Source: Bacteroidota bacterium
GTDB lineage: Bacteria; Bacteroidota; Bacteroidia; Flavobacteriales; Weeksellaceae
NCBI GenBank assembly: GCA_023388015.1
Contig: JAEWHB010000225.1
Coordinates: forward strand, 1 to 40,496
DNA: 40,496 nucleotides
Direction of reading: 5' to 3'
In this document: positions 1-8,780 of the stretch, one piece after another
Layout of the letters: every line of letters begins with the position of its first letter
Numbering within the stretch: the stretch's first letter is position 1
Position numbers and translations under genes: made by a program
Notes under the pieces: model-generated
Databases searched by the model: none
What the model saw: the letters and a program-made list of their open reading frames with translations, nothing else
Told to the model about the DNA's origin: nothing

Positions 1-1
1 C

Positions 2-709
2 GAATCGGTAAGTTCCGCCACGGGCGAAAAAGTTTTGATTCGGCTGAAACCCAAAGTAGGCGATACCCAAAAGACGCTTATGACGATGAATATGAATTCA
101 CAAGGCGCACAGACTTTAAGTATGAACCTGACGGCCAATATGGATATGAAAGTAAGCGGAAAAGAAGCTGATGTTTATGATTACGAATTGAAATATAATT
201 CTATAAAACTGGATATGAATGCCGGCGGAATGGAAATGAGTTATGATTCTCAGGCCTCTGAACATACCGGAATGGGTGCAATTCTTCACGAGCAGATGAA
301 AGAATTTTTCACGAAACCGATTGTAATGAAAATGAACGAACGCGGTAAAATTTCAGAATTCCAACTGCCGGGAAATATGGGTTCGCAACAAATGGGCGAT
401 ATGGGTTCCATGTCCATTCCAATGCCGGAAGAACCGGTTGGAGAAGGTGATTCCTGGTCAGCAGAACGACCCCTTGAAGGTGCCGGCATCATGAAAATGA
501 ATATGAAACTTGAAAAAGTGACTGTAAGTGACATCATCATCGGGACGACGGGTGACATTCAGGATGATGCAGGAAATAAAATCGGGGGATTTGACGGCAA
601 TTACAAACTCGACAGAAACAATGGTCTGACCAAAGACGGAACCATGAATCTCGATATGACCGTTGAAGGACAACCGATGAAAATGAAGGTTAATTTCAAG
701 GCGATTTAA
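2..709 (+). CDS. DUF6263-like exported protein, 5'-truncated by window edge
   Basis: Frame is open from base 2 through the ORF 35..709. Met-rich beta protein with 'LKPKVGDT', 'MSYDS' and 'P.EPVGEGDSW' motifs typical of Bacteroidota DUF6263 proteins. Confidence 0.55.
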   Translation, partial: ESVSSATGEKVLIRLKPKVGDTQKTLMTMNMNSQGAQTLSMNLTANMDMKVSGKEADVYDYELKYNSIKLDMNAGGMEMSYDSQASEHTGMGAILHEQMKEFFTKPIVMKMNERGKISEFQLPGNMGSQQMGDMGSMSIPMPEEPVGEGDSWSAERPLEGAGIMKMNMKLEKVTVSDIIIGTTGDIQDDAGNKIGGFDGNYKLDRNNGLTKDGTMNLDMTVEGQPMKMKVNFKAI

Positions 710-735
710 TTCTCCTGAAATAATGAAATAAAATG

Positions 736-768
736 AATCCTGTACGGTCAAACCTTGCAGGATTTTTT
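736..768 (+). terminator. Intrinsic terminator
   Basis: AATCCTGTA...TGCAGGATT stem followed by a T run, between convergent genes. Confidence 0.7.
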
Positions 769-863
769 GTTGGGAATTGGTATAAGATTGAGGTAATTGC
801 CCTATAATAGAGGAAAAGAATCGTTTCTGTAAAATGTGAAGGTGAATTAAAAAAACAGCCAGC

Positions 864-2051
864 TTAAATCATTGCCTTGTACTCCTCCAAAATCTCCTTC
901 CAAACTTCCATTTGTTCATATCGGGACAGAATCATAGGACGAGCGTTCCCAGCCAACTTTGTATAAACCTCGTTGTTTGCCAATAATTTACGCATCGCAT
1001 TTTGGAGATCGACGGTGCTTTTAGGCGGAATGATAATGCCGTTTTCATTTTCCACAATGATTTCATTACAACCATTGATATCCGAAACGATGGCCGGCAA
1101 TCCCATGGCTCCGGCTTGTAAAACTACATTTGGAAAACCTTCGCGGTAGCTTGGAAAAACCAATGCATCACTGATCGCAAAATAAGGTCGCACATCTTTT
1201 TGAAATCCTACCGATAGAATATTGGGATTTGATTCGATTTCTCTTAAGGTTTCCGGGTTGAGCGGGTCTAATGCTGTTTCCAAGGGGCCGACTAATAGGA
1301 GTTTTGAGTTGTGAGTTTTGAGTTGGGGGTTGTGGGTTGGGGGTTGTGAGTTTTGAGTTTTGAGTTGTGAGAAGGCAGAAACCAATTCATTGATACCCTT
1401 ATCGCCTACTAAACGTCCTACGAAAACGAATACAAAATCGTCTTGCTTGATTCCCAAACTTTGTTTTAGTGCCAAGTTTTCTTTTTCAGAAACCACTTCC
1501 GGACTGAAAAAGGAAGTGTCAATTCCATTGGAACTTCCCTCGCCTATTACCTTTAGTTTGGCAGCTTTGGTGTAATGGTTGGCCAATATGAAGTCATACA
1601 GTCCTTTTGAGTTGGGATATACTTTTGTGGCAGCCCGATAAGTCATTTTCTCTACAAAATTCAAAATTGTACGCTTGATTCCTGTCGATTCCATCAGCGG
1701 CAGTCCTGCCACGGTATGCAAGCGATGAGGTACACCGGCGAGCTTTGCGGCCAACATTCCTATAATTCCGGCTTTGGGTGTATGGGTATGAACGATTTGG
1801 GGTTTTTCATTTTTCAGCCAACGGTACAGTTTCCATAGTGAAATCAAATCCTGAACCGGTGTGATCTGTCGGGTCATTTCAATGGCTTCTACCCTGATTC
1901 CTTCGTTTTTATGAACTTCTTCCAAATCGGAACCCGCTGAACTCACACCGACTACTTCAAAGTGTTCCGACATAAACCTCAACTGCCCCTTGAGTAATAC
2001 CCTCAAAGACAGTGGAATGGTGGTAATGCGGATGAGTTTGGGTTTGTTCAT
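864..2051 (-). CDS. GT4 glycosyltransferase (CapM-like)
   Basis: HTHTPKAG, FVGRLVGDKG and PSYREGFPNVVLQAGA motifs. ATG at 2051 (MNKPKLIRITT) is preferred over the upstream TTG at 2069. Confidence 0.9.
   Translation of the reverse strand: MNKPKLIRITTIPLSLRVLLKGQLRFMSEHFEVVGVSSAGSDLEEVHKNEGIRVEAIEMTRQITPVQDLISLWKLYRWLKNEKPQIVHTHTPKAGIIGMLAAKLAGVPHRLHTVAGLPLMESTGIKRTILNFVEKMTYRAATKVYPNSKGLYDFILANHYTKAAKLKVIGEGSSNGIDTSFFSPEVVSEKENLALKQSLGIKQDDFVFVFVGRLVGDKGINELVSAFSQLKTQNSQPPTHNPQLKTHNSKLLLVGPLETALDPLNPETLREIESNPNILSVGFQKDVRPYFAISDALVFPSYREGFPNVVLQAGAMGLPAIVSDINGCNEIIVENENGIIIPPKSTVDLQNAMRKLLANNEVYTKLAGNARPMILSRYEQMEVWKEILEEYKAMI
1299..1371. repeat. Degenerate heptamer tandem repeat (GRGTTKK x10) inside the GT4 CDS
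   Basis: gagtttt gagttgt gagtttt gagttgg gggttgt gggttgg gggttgt gagtttt gagtttt gagttgt gag; encodes SQLKTQNSQPPTHNPQLKTHNSKL. Confidence 0.9.
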
Positions 2052-2232
2052 TGTGGAATTATTTTTCAAAAGTATTGATTAATTTGGAAATGGCGTGAGT
2101 ACTCAATTGCTCTTTTATACTGAGCTAAATAGGGAAATGTGGATAAAGCGCCCTGTCTCAATTTCACCTCCCAAAACTTTACCCCTGCTGAAAATCAATT
2201 CCACTTCCCGATAGTTTGCGTTAAATTCTTAT

Positions 2233-2386
2233 TCACTTTTGTCTTGATACAAAAGTGACAAAAAATCAAGGCGTTTAAAAACGTTTTGCCGTGTGGATTT
2301 AAAATTCGGAGCATTGTTCAAATTAATTGCCACAACGGCACCGATTCGTCGTGCTGCTCCACGCGGACGCACTCCTCTTCTAAACG
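2233..2386. other. Candidate structured RNA/ssDNA element with an H-type pseudoknot
   Basis: Stem TCACTTTTGT/ACAAAAGTGA with loop CTTGAT complementary to ATCAAG at 2265-2270. Further nested helices at 2272-2280/2378-2386 and 2287-2296/2330-2340. Confidence 0.5.
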
Positions 2387-2484
2387 TGTGAAACGCCCAT
2401 TACCTTCTTTCTAAATTAACACAATGATGAATACCTGTCTGAAGTGTGCAAGGGGAAAGTTTAATGTAGGTGAGGGTTTTTCAA

Positions 2485-2534
2485 GAGTTGGAGGGTTGGG
2501 GAGTTGGAGAGTTGGTGGGTTGGGGGTTGGGAGT
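2485..2534. repeat. G-rich 7-8 bp degenerate tandem repeat
   Basis: gagttggagggttggggagttggagagttggtgggttgggggttgggagt directly after the stop of 2542..3615; same GRGTTG core as 1299-1371. Confidence 0.7.
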
Positions 2535-2541
2535 AAAACTA

Positions 2542-3615
2542 TCAATATCCGGGTTTGGTGTTCTTCTTTCCCAAAATAAAAACCATCAAAAAGAAAACTA
2601 TTGGTAGTACCAATGCCTTTGCTCTGACGATCATCCCGAAGTTGGCATATCCGTAAGCCAACATGGTTCCATACAAAATCAGGAATAGTATTGAAAAGAT
2701 GGGGAAAACCGTCCAGTTCAGGTTTTTGAAATGACGGATTAAGAGGTAAATCATTCCTAAAAATAATACTAAGAACAGCAGGTTTTCAATACCTATGATC
2801 TGGTAATACATCCCGTTTCGCTCCAAAGGCAGCGGCCGGAAGTAAAAGGTAAAAAGCTTGTACGGATACACGTAATCTTCCAATGGCACATAGGCAGAAG
2901 TTTCCTTTAGCTTTAGATTGTGTGCTTCATAAAGCCTTTGTATTTTTGGGAGTAATCCGTCTTTGGCATTGGTGATTTTTTCAAGCAGGTAATATAATCC
3001 GGCAATGGAAATGGTACCTGCGATGATTAATCCCATTTTGATTTTGCGGTAAATTTCGCCTTTCGCTATTAGCGCGACCATAAATGCAACCAATACTACA
3101 AAAGCCAAATGAGGACGAATCCAAGCAATCAATAAAAAACTCAAAATCATCGGAAGCCCTAAGTACCCTCCCCGATAAATCCCTTCGGCCAAAATAACCA
3201 TAGGCAAAAAGAGAATCGCTTCCTTCCCAATCAATGAACTCCAAAAATGAGCATTGGGCAATACCAAAAGCAAAAGCAAACTCCCACTGAAAAAATTGAA
3301 CCGAACCAAATAAGGCTTCACCAAATTCCCAAGCCGATAAAACCCATAACCACTCCAAGCACTGTAAAGAAAACAACCCAAAAGTGGAGATAAATTCAGG
3401 TAGTACACCAATGGATAATTCAAAAAGTAAATCGTAGAAGTACCTGGATATAAAAAATCAAACCAAGAAGACCGCGAAAGATCAACACCCACAAACCAAT
3501 AACGAACCGCATCCCCATTGTTTTGATTTACATAATCATAAGCAAACCAAGCAAAAACCAAATGGTAAACCACCAAGATAAAAGGAAAATACTTGATGAA
3601 AACTCTGTAATTCAT
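2542..3615 (-). CDS. Wzy-like polytopic membrane protein (putative polymerase/ligase)
   Basis: About 10 hydrophobic segments; 'GDAVRY', 'FWSSLIGKE', 'IRPH', 'FRPLP' and 'NFGMIVR' motifs; lies within a polysaccharide locus. Confidence 0.65.
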   Translation of the reverse strand: MNYRVFIKYFPFILVVYHLVFAWFAYDYVNQNNGDAVRYWFVGVDLSRSSWFDFLYPGTSTIYFLNYPLVYYLNLSPLLGCFLYSAWSGYGFYRLGNLVKPYLVRFNFFSGSLLLLLVLPNAHFWSSLIGKEAILFLPMVILAEGIYRGGYLGLPMILSFLLIAWIRPHLAFVVLVAFMVALIAKGEIYRKIKMGLIIAGTISIAGLYYLLEKITNAKDGLLPKIQRLYEAHNLKLKETSAYVPLEDYVYPYKLFTFYFRPLPLERNGMYYQIIGIENLLFLVLFLGMIYLLIRHFKNLNWTVFPIFSILFLILYGTMLAYGYANFGMIVRAKALVLPIVFFLMVFILGKKNTKPGY

Positions 3616-3687
3616 AACTACCTATTATTCGCTAAGAAAAATGAAAGATAGAGAGATATTTGAATAATCTTATAAATTCCTTTTAAT

Positions 3688-4160
3688 TCACCGCTTCGCT
3701 TTCCTCGTTTGATAATGATACGAAAACACCCAAAGAATAAAAATAATCATCCCTGGCAAAAACATATTACGCATCCGAATCATAATCCCCAGATTCCCCA
3801 AAGATTGTGAAAAAGCCAAAGTCCCCACAATTAGAAAAATCACCAATCCTTTGATGACAAAGGGAGCGGCTTTGAAGGCCTTGAAAGGCTTTAACATCAT
3901 GGCTTTTATAAAAAGAACAAGAATAACCAAGTTTTCAACCGAAGCTAATAAAGTATTGACATTGTGCACATCGAAAAACAGGGGACGAAACCAAAAAGTC
4001 AAAACCTTCAAAGGAAAAGGATAAGAAGAAATATCAATGGCCGAACCTGTATGGGAGCGGCTTAAAACACCTGCTTTTTTTTCCGCAAAACTATCAAAGG
4101 CATCCACAGAGGCTTCCTCAATTTTCGCAAATTCCATTACCGAAGGTAAAATCGCAATTC
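3688..4160 (-). pseudogene. C-terminal fragment of a second Wzy-like protein
   Basis: ORF 3688..4137 (frame extends upstream as GIAILPSV) aligns only to the C-terminal ~40% of 2542..3615: PFPLKVLTFWFRPLF vs YPYKLFTFYFRPLP, and NLGIMIRMR vs NFGMIVRAK. Confidence 0.7.
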
Positions 4161-4286
4161 CTTGCCCGATGAAGAAACACCTATGACCTCAAAACCATTT
4201 TCAGACATGAAACGAAGTTGACCTTTTAAAAGTGTTTTTAAAGATTGCGGAACGGTGGTTATTCTGATAATTTTGGTTTTATTCAT
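4137..4286 (-). pseudogene. Truncated GT4 (CapM-like) N-terminus, 49 aa
   Basis: Own translation: MNKTKIIRITTVPQSLKTLLKGQLRFMSENGFEVIGVSSSGKELRFYLR*, homologous to the N-terminus of 864..2051. Confidence 0.85.
4168..4259. repeat. 92-bp direct repeat, copy 1 (copy 2 at 5301-5392)
   Basis: gatgaagaaacacctatgacctc...gcggaacggtggt; 4 mismatches between copies by eye; offset 1133 bp. Confidence 0.9.
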
Positions 4287-4812
4287 CTTTTAATCTTTAA
4301 ATCAACTCACGCAATCTCTATTATAATTGAAGAAGTAAGCGTAAGTGAAGAAAACGTATAGATTGATCAGGTTAAAAATAAAGAAAAACCTGGTATTTGA
4401 GGTTAATAAATTCTAAAACTTCTTGATTGTCACGTCTGGTATTTGTTGAATATATTTCATTCTGAGTGTGCCGTCGTCACATCGAGCAAATACGAGTTGG
4501 TTCCCTTCGGTTCATGACTACGCACAAACTGACAAGAAGAACGCATGTACGGACAAGAGTGACAATTATCATTTATTGATTCAAAAATAATGAACAAATT
4601 TGCACCCCTTATTTGGAGCGGGTTTCATAGTAGATCTTTGCTGAGTGATAAGTGATTAGAACCTAATATAAATTTTATAACCAACCAAAAAAACGTTGAC
4701 TTGAAAGTACCTAAACAAAAGAGAGAATTATGAGAATGATTGGAACGAAAAATGTAAAATTAAAACCTATATTTTAAAACCAAAATTTTAAACCTATAAT
4801 CCCCCCATTATT

Positions 4813-5241
4813 ATGTATTGTCTATCAAACAAGGCAACGCCTGCGTTAGCCTCTGAAAAAAAACTGTCTAAAAAAAAGAGAGCAAACCTTAACCACAGTT
4901 TCAATAAAAAGTTTTTCTTGGTCCTTTTGGCGCCTATTTTATCGGTACAAATCAGTTTTGCACAAAGCTTTTTTTCGAAGTCTGAGGAGCCTGAATATTC
5001 GACTGGCGGATTTTTTAACCAAACCCCTCAAGAGAGACCGTCGCATGACTCTACTCACACTGCTTGTAGTACTCCCAACCCACCTTCGTGGTGTCAAGAA
5101 GGGAAAGATTCCGATGAAACAAATCAAGGTTCTGAAGCGATGATGGCTCCTTTAGATGATTGGTTGTGGGTGCTGCCCATCTTAGGAATGGTAGTAGGAT
5201 GCTATTTTCTCTTAAGAAAACGAAACGAAGATTGGGCTTAA
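4813..5241 (+). CDS. Small exported protein with PID-CTERM-like sorting tail
   Basis: Signal peptide-like segment (KKFFLVLLAPILSVQISFA|Q), a low-complexity body, and the tail APLDDWLWVLPILGMVVGCYFLLRKR (motif + TM + basic cluster). Start codon uncertain. Confidence 0.7.
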   Translation: MYCLSNKATPALASEKKLSKKKRANLNHSFNKKFFLVLLAPILSVQISFAQSFFSKSEEPEYSTGGFFNQTPQERPSHDSTHTACSTPNPPSWCQEGKDSDETNQGSEAMMAPLDDWLWVLPILGMVVGCYFLLRKRNEDWA

Positions 5242-5275
5242 TGCTCTATTAATGAGGAAAAAACATGCGCTTAAC

Positions 5276-5422
5276 CTATAATATTTCAAGGGCAATAGCT
5301 GATGAAGAAACACCTATGACCTCAAATCCATTTTCAGACATGAAACGAAGTTGACCTTTTAAAAGTCCTTTCAAAGATTGCGGAACGGTGGTGATACGGA
5401 TGAGTTTAGGATTTGTTTTCAA
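5276..5422 (-). pseudogene. Second truncated GT4 (CapM-like) N-terminus, 48 aa
   Basis: TTG start overlaps the end of the upstream CapK-like gene; own translation LKTNPKLIRITTVPQSLKGLLKGQLRFMSENGFEVIGVSSSAIALEIL*. Confidence 0.85.
5301..5392. repeat. 92-bp direct repeat, copy 2
   Basis: Matches 4168-4259. Confidence 0.9.
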
Positions 5423-6797
5423 TGAGATGTTTTATGTTGTTTTTGACGATTCTAAATTTACCACTTGCTTCTACGGCTATCTCATCCACATATTCTATGT
5501 CCAACTCCATTTTATCGCCAATTCTATCACGCCAATTCTGAATGAATTTCTCTTCAACTTTTTGGGTGTATTCGGATTTATCCCGGATGACTCTTAGTTT
5601 GATTCTATTAAGCTCATCCTGAATGGCCTGAAAACGAATGATCCCATGTGTATCCTTTAAGGTATTGGAAACATTGCCCAAATTAATTTTCCCTGTTTCG
5701 GGCGAATAAACATAATCATCCATCCTTCCCAGTATTTCTTTCACCAAAGGATTATTATTTCCACAAGTACAAATTCTATCCTCATCTTCTAAGATGATTG
5801 AATCCCCAATATCATAACGAATCAAAGGCGTTCCCTCGGTGGTAAAAGAAGTAACCACAAGCCGCCCCGATTTGCTGGGGCGATCTTCTGTATCCAAAAC
5901 CTCAAAAACTCCACTCTGAAGTTCCAAATGAAGGTTTCCGTTTTTACATTCAAAAATAAATGGTGCTCCCTCTGATGAAGCATATTGGTCATACATTTTT
6001 GTTTTAAAGAATCCTTCAATGTTGTGACGCATTTCATCAGTGATGGTTTCGGCTGTGGGAAAAACGGCTTTGATGGTGTTTGCTGGAAACTCATATCCAT
6101 TGGCAATACCATATTTCGCAATCTCCAATATAGAAGATGGAAAACCTACCATATATTCAGGAGAAAACCGAATCAAATCTTCAATATAATAGGCTAAATA
6201 TTCTTTTTTAATATGAAATGTAGAATAATACCGGACTTTGTAAATAAAATCAGTTTTCCAAAAACGATTTTTTTTTAAATCTTTTGGGGTTAAAAGGCTT
6301 TTCCCAGAGAACCAAGCCGTTTTTTTTCCCAATTCATAACCAAAACGTGAACGGAAATCATCGAGCATGGCAAAACGTTCCTGCGTATTGACCGGTCTGA
6401 ATTTTACTTCCAAAGACTTGCCTGTTGTGCCTCCGGTTTTGGATTTTTCAAGTTTTTCAGCTGTTTGGATGCTGACTTTATCAATATTCTTTCTCAAATC
6501 CTCTTTTGAAAGGATAGGGAGTAAATGAATGTTCACCAATTCCTCTGGTTCTGAAATCCCATGGTATAATTCTTTATAAAAACTTGAATGAGAAATACTA
6601 TGCAGAACAAACTCATGGTATCTTGCTTTTTGAAGACTTAAAAGCTCTTGACGACTCAAATTTCGATTGCTCAAAAACTTCTTACGAAAAGCCTTGTATT
6701 CACCTCCATAGCGAATCTTATACGCCCTGATATTGTACAAAGATACCATGGCAGATTGTAGGAAATCAGGGAGTATTTTATAGAGGTTTTCTTTCAT
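5406..6797 (-). CDS. Phenylacetate-CoA ligase family / CapK-like adenylate-forming protein
   Basis: KTGGTTG P-loop-like motif, YASSEG, PLIRYDIGD, ILGRMDD, SGKFR. Confidence 0.85.
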   Translation of the reverse strand: MKENLYKILPDFLQSAMVSLYNIRAYKIRYGGEYKAFRKKFLSNRNLSRQELLSLQKARYHEFVLHSISHSSFYKELYHGISEPEELVNIHLLPILSKEDLRKNIDKVSIQTAEKLEKSKTGGTTGKSLEVKFRPVNTQERFAMLDDFRSRFGYELGKKTAWFSGKSLLTPKDLKKNRFWKTDFIYKVRYYSTFHIKKEYLAYYIEDLIRFSPEYMVGFPSSILEIAKYGIANGYEFPANTIKAVFPTAETITDEMRHNIEGFFKTKMYDQYASSEGAPFIFECKNGNLHLELQSGVFEVLDTEDRPSKSGRLVVTSFTTEGTPLIRYDIGDSIILEDEDRICTCGNNNPLVKEILGRMDDYVYSPETGKINLGNVSNTLKDTHGIIRFQAIQDELNRIKLRVIRDKSEYTQKVEEKFIQNWRDRIGDKMELDIEYVDEIAVEASGKFRIVKNNIKHLIENKS

Positions 6798-7891
6798 GAC
6801 ACCAAGTTTAAATAGAAATCTTGTAATTGCTCCGCATTATGTTGCACATCATACCCTGCATCACGTACTCGTTCAGACATGTTTTCTCTCTTATAGTCAA
6901 GATTATTTAATATATGATCCACCCATATTTGTGGATTATCAATACTCAAGAATTCTAACAAATTTGTAATATTTACTTCTGATGTGATAGTTTCTGAAGC
7001 AAATATTTTTAATCCACTTGCTTGTGCTTCAATTAATGAAACAGGCAAACCTTCATAAAATGAAGGCATTAAAATATAATCCATTGCGGATAAAAGTTCA
7101 TATACATCATTTCTTACACCTAGAAAACTCACTGCATTTTCCAATTGTTTACTTTTAACCATATACATAATAGAACTTTTCAAATCCCCATCACCTACTA
7201 AAATTAAATGTGCATTCGGCATTTTATTATGAATTCCTTCAAAAACTTCAATTAAAAAAGAATGGTTCTTTTGTGTATTAAATCTGCCTACATTTCCAAA
7301 TACAATCTTATCTTCTAAATTTAATAATTTTCTCTTCTCTTCTCTTATCTGATTATCATAAACAAATTTACCTGACTCGACCGCGTTATTTATAACTATA
7401 AACTCATTATCACCGTATAAAAATTTCCCTGCACCTTGTGCACAAGCAAATCTATGATTAGCATAAATATTAACTTTTTTTCTAAGAATTCTCTTTATTA
7501 CTTGGAAGCGTCCTCCAATTTTATCAATATGTGCATGCGCAATTCTAAACTTTATTCCACATGATTTTGCGATACTTAAAATGACTGAACTATTCGAGTT
7601 CAAGTGAGAATGGATAATGTTATAATTATAATCACCTTGATTTAGAATACTGATTAATTCTTTTTTATAACTAAAATAAGATAATGGGCTTAATGCCTGA
7701 ACTTTAATAATTCTTCCACCTAAACTTTTTATTTCCTCATCAAAAACACCAGGCTCTTTTCGATGAACTAAAAAATCAAATTGTACTTTAGTTCTATCTA
7801 TATTTCTATATAAGGTCATTAAAAAGGTTTCGATACCTCCTAAATTCATAGTAGTTACAACATGAAGCACTCTGATAGGCTGATTGTCCAT
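6794..7891 (-). CDS. GT4 glycosyltransferase (EpsF-like)
   Basis: MNLGGIETFLMTLYRNIDR, VGRFNTQKNH, PSFYEGLPVSLIEAQASGL. Confidence 0.9.
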   Translation of the reverse strand: MDNQPIRVLHVVTTMNLGGIETFLMTLYRNIDRTKVQFDFLVHRKEPGVFDEEIKSLGGRIIKVQALSPLSYFSYKKELISILNQGDYNYNIIHSHLNSNSSVILSIAKSCGIKFRIAHAHIDKIGGRFQVIKRILRKKVNIYANHRFACAQGAGKFLYGDNEFIVINNAVESGKFVYDNQIREEKRKLLNLEDKIVFGNVGRFNTQKNHSFLIEVFEGIHNKMPNAHLILVGDGDLKSSIMYMVKSKQLENAVSFLGVRNDVYELLSAMDYILMPSFYEGLPVSLIEAQASGLKIFASETITSEVNITNLLEFLSIDNPQIWVDHILNNLDYKRENMSERVRDAGYDVQHNAEQLQDFYLNLVS

Positions 7892-7893
7892 AT

Positions 7894-8778
7894 CTAATTT
7901 TTAATTTTAACTCTAATAAATAGGTTAAGAAGTAATCCAAAAGGTAATAATAATAAAGATATGAAAGGATTAACTTCTCTAAATGCTAATCGTATATCGT
8001 TTGCAAAGATTGAGGACGATATCAAATGTACATAAGCTTTAAGCTTGTCTTTCAAATTGTGCGCAAATTTTATATGTATTTTCCTTGCGTAAGCAAACCC
8101 TCTCGGAGATTGTTTATATTGTTTAAAAATGGTGTGACTGGAACCTTCTTCCTGATATTCCACTATACAATAGACCTCATTTTTATATACAAAATCATAA
8201 TCCTTACCCATCATCATATATAAAATTCCTAATGGAACTAATTTTTCTCCTTCATACTCAGGGTATTCCGGATATTCTCTTACAATATCTGTCCTCAACA
8301 CCAATTTCTTATCTCCTTTTACTTTGTATTTATTATATAAATCCATCAAAGAACCTTTGGTTAAATTTTCAGGAATTTTAGTTCCTATAATTTCTCCATT
8401 TTTATCTGCATCTAATCCAATAATCCCAGCAATATTGCTTTTATCCGCTATATTATTCCATTCTTTCATTATTTTCTCTATAGCATCATCGGGCATATAA
8501 TCATCGGAATCTGTACATACATTCAATTCTGTTTTTATCAAACGATAAGCAGCATTATGCCCCGTATGCATTCCACCGTTTTCTTTGTAATGATATTCAA
8601 TCTGAATTTTATTTTCATCCCTCCAAGCCTGAACCAATTCCTTGGTATTGTCCACAGAACCATCATCAATGATCATCCATAAAAAATCACCACAGGATTG
8701 CCTACATAGGCTTTCATAAAGCCTCGGCAATAGATGAGCGCGATTGTAAGTGGGAGTAAAAACAGTAAGACTTTTCAT
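7894..8778 (-). CDS. GT2 glycosyltransferase
   Basis: VFTPTYNRAHLLPRLYESL, IIDDGSVD, DSDD motif. Confidence 0.9.
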   Translation of the reverse strand: MKSLTVFTPTYNRAHLLPRLYESLCRQSCGDFLWMIIDDGSVDNTKELVQAWRDENKIQIEYHYKENGGMHTGHNAAYRLIKTELNVCTDSDDYMPDDAIEKIMKEWNNIADKSNIAGIIGLDADKNGEIIGTKIPENLTKGSLMDLYNKYKVKGDKKLVLRTDIVREYPEYPEYEGEKLVPLGILYMMMGKDYDFVYKNEVYCIVEYQEEGSSHTIFKQYKQSPRGFAYARKIHIKFAHNLKDKLKAYVHLISSSIFANDIRLAFREVNPFISLLLLPFGLLLNLFIRVKIKN

Positions 8779-8780
8779 AA

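Noticed and set aside
4168..5392. IS element bounded by direct repeats
   Set aside because: No transposase or terminal inverted repeats; the repeats are GT4 coding remnants.
5388..5597. 69-aa plus-strand ORF
   Set aside because: Antisense to the CapK-like gene; no supporting features.
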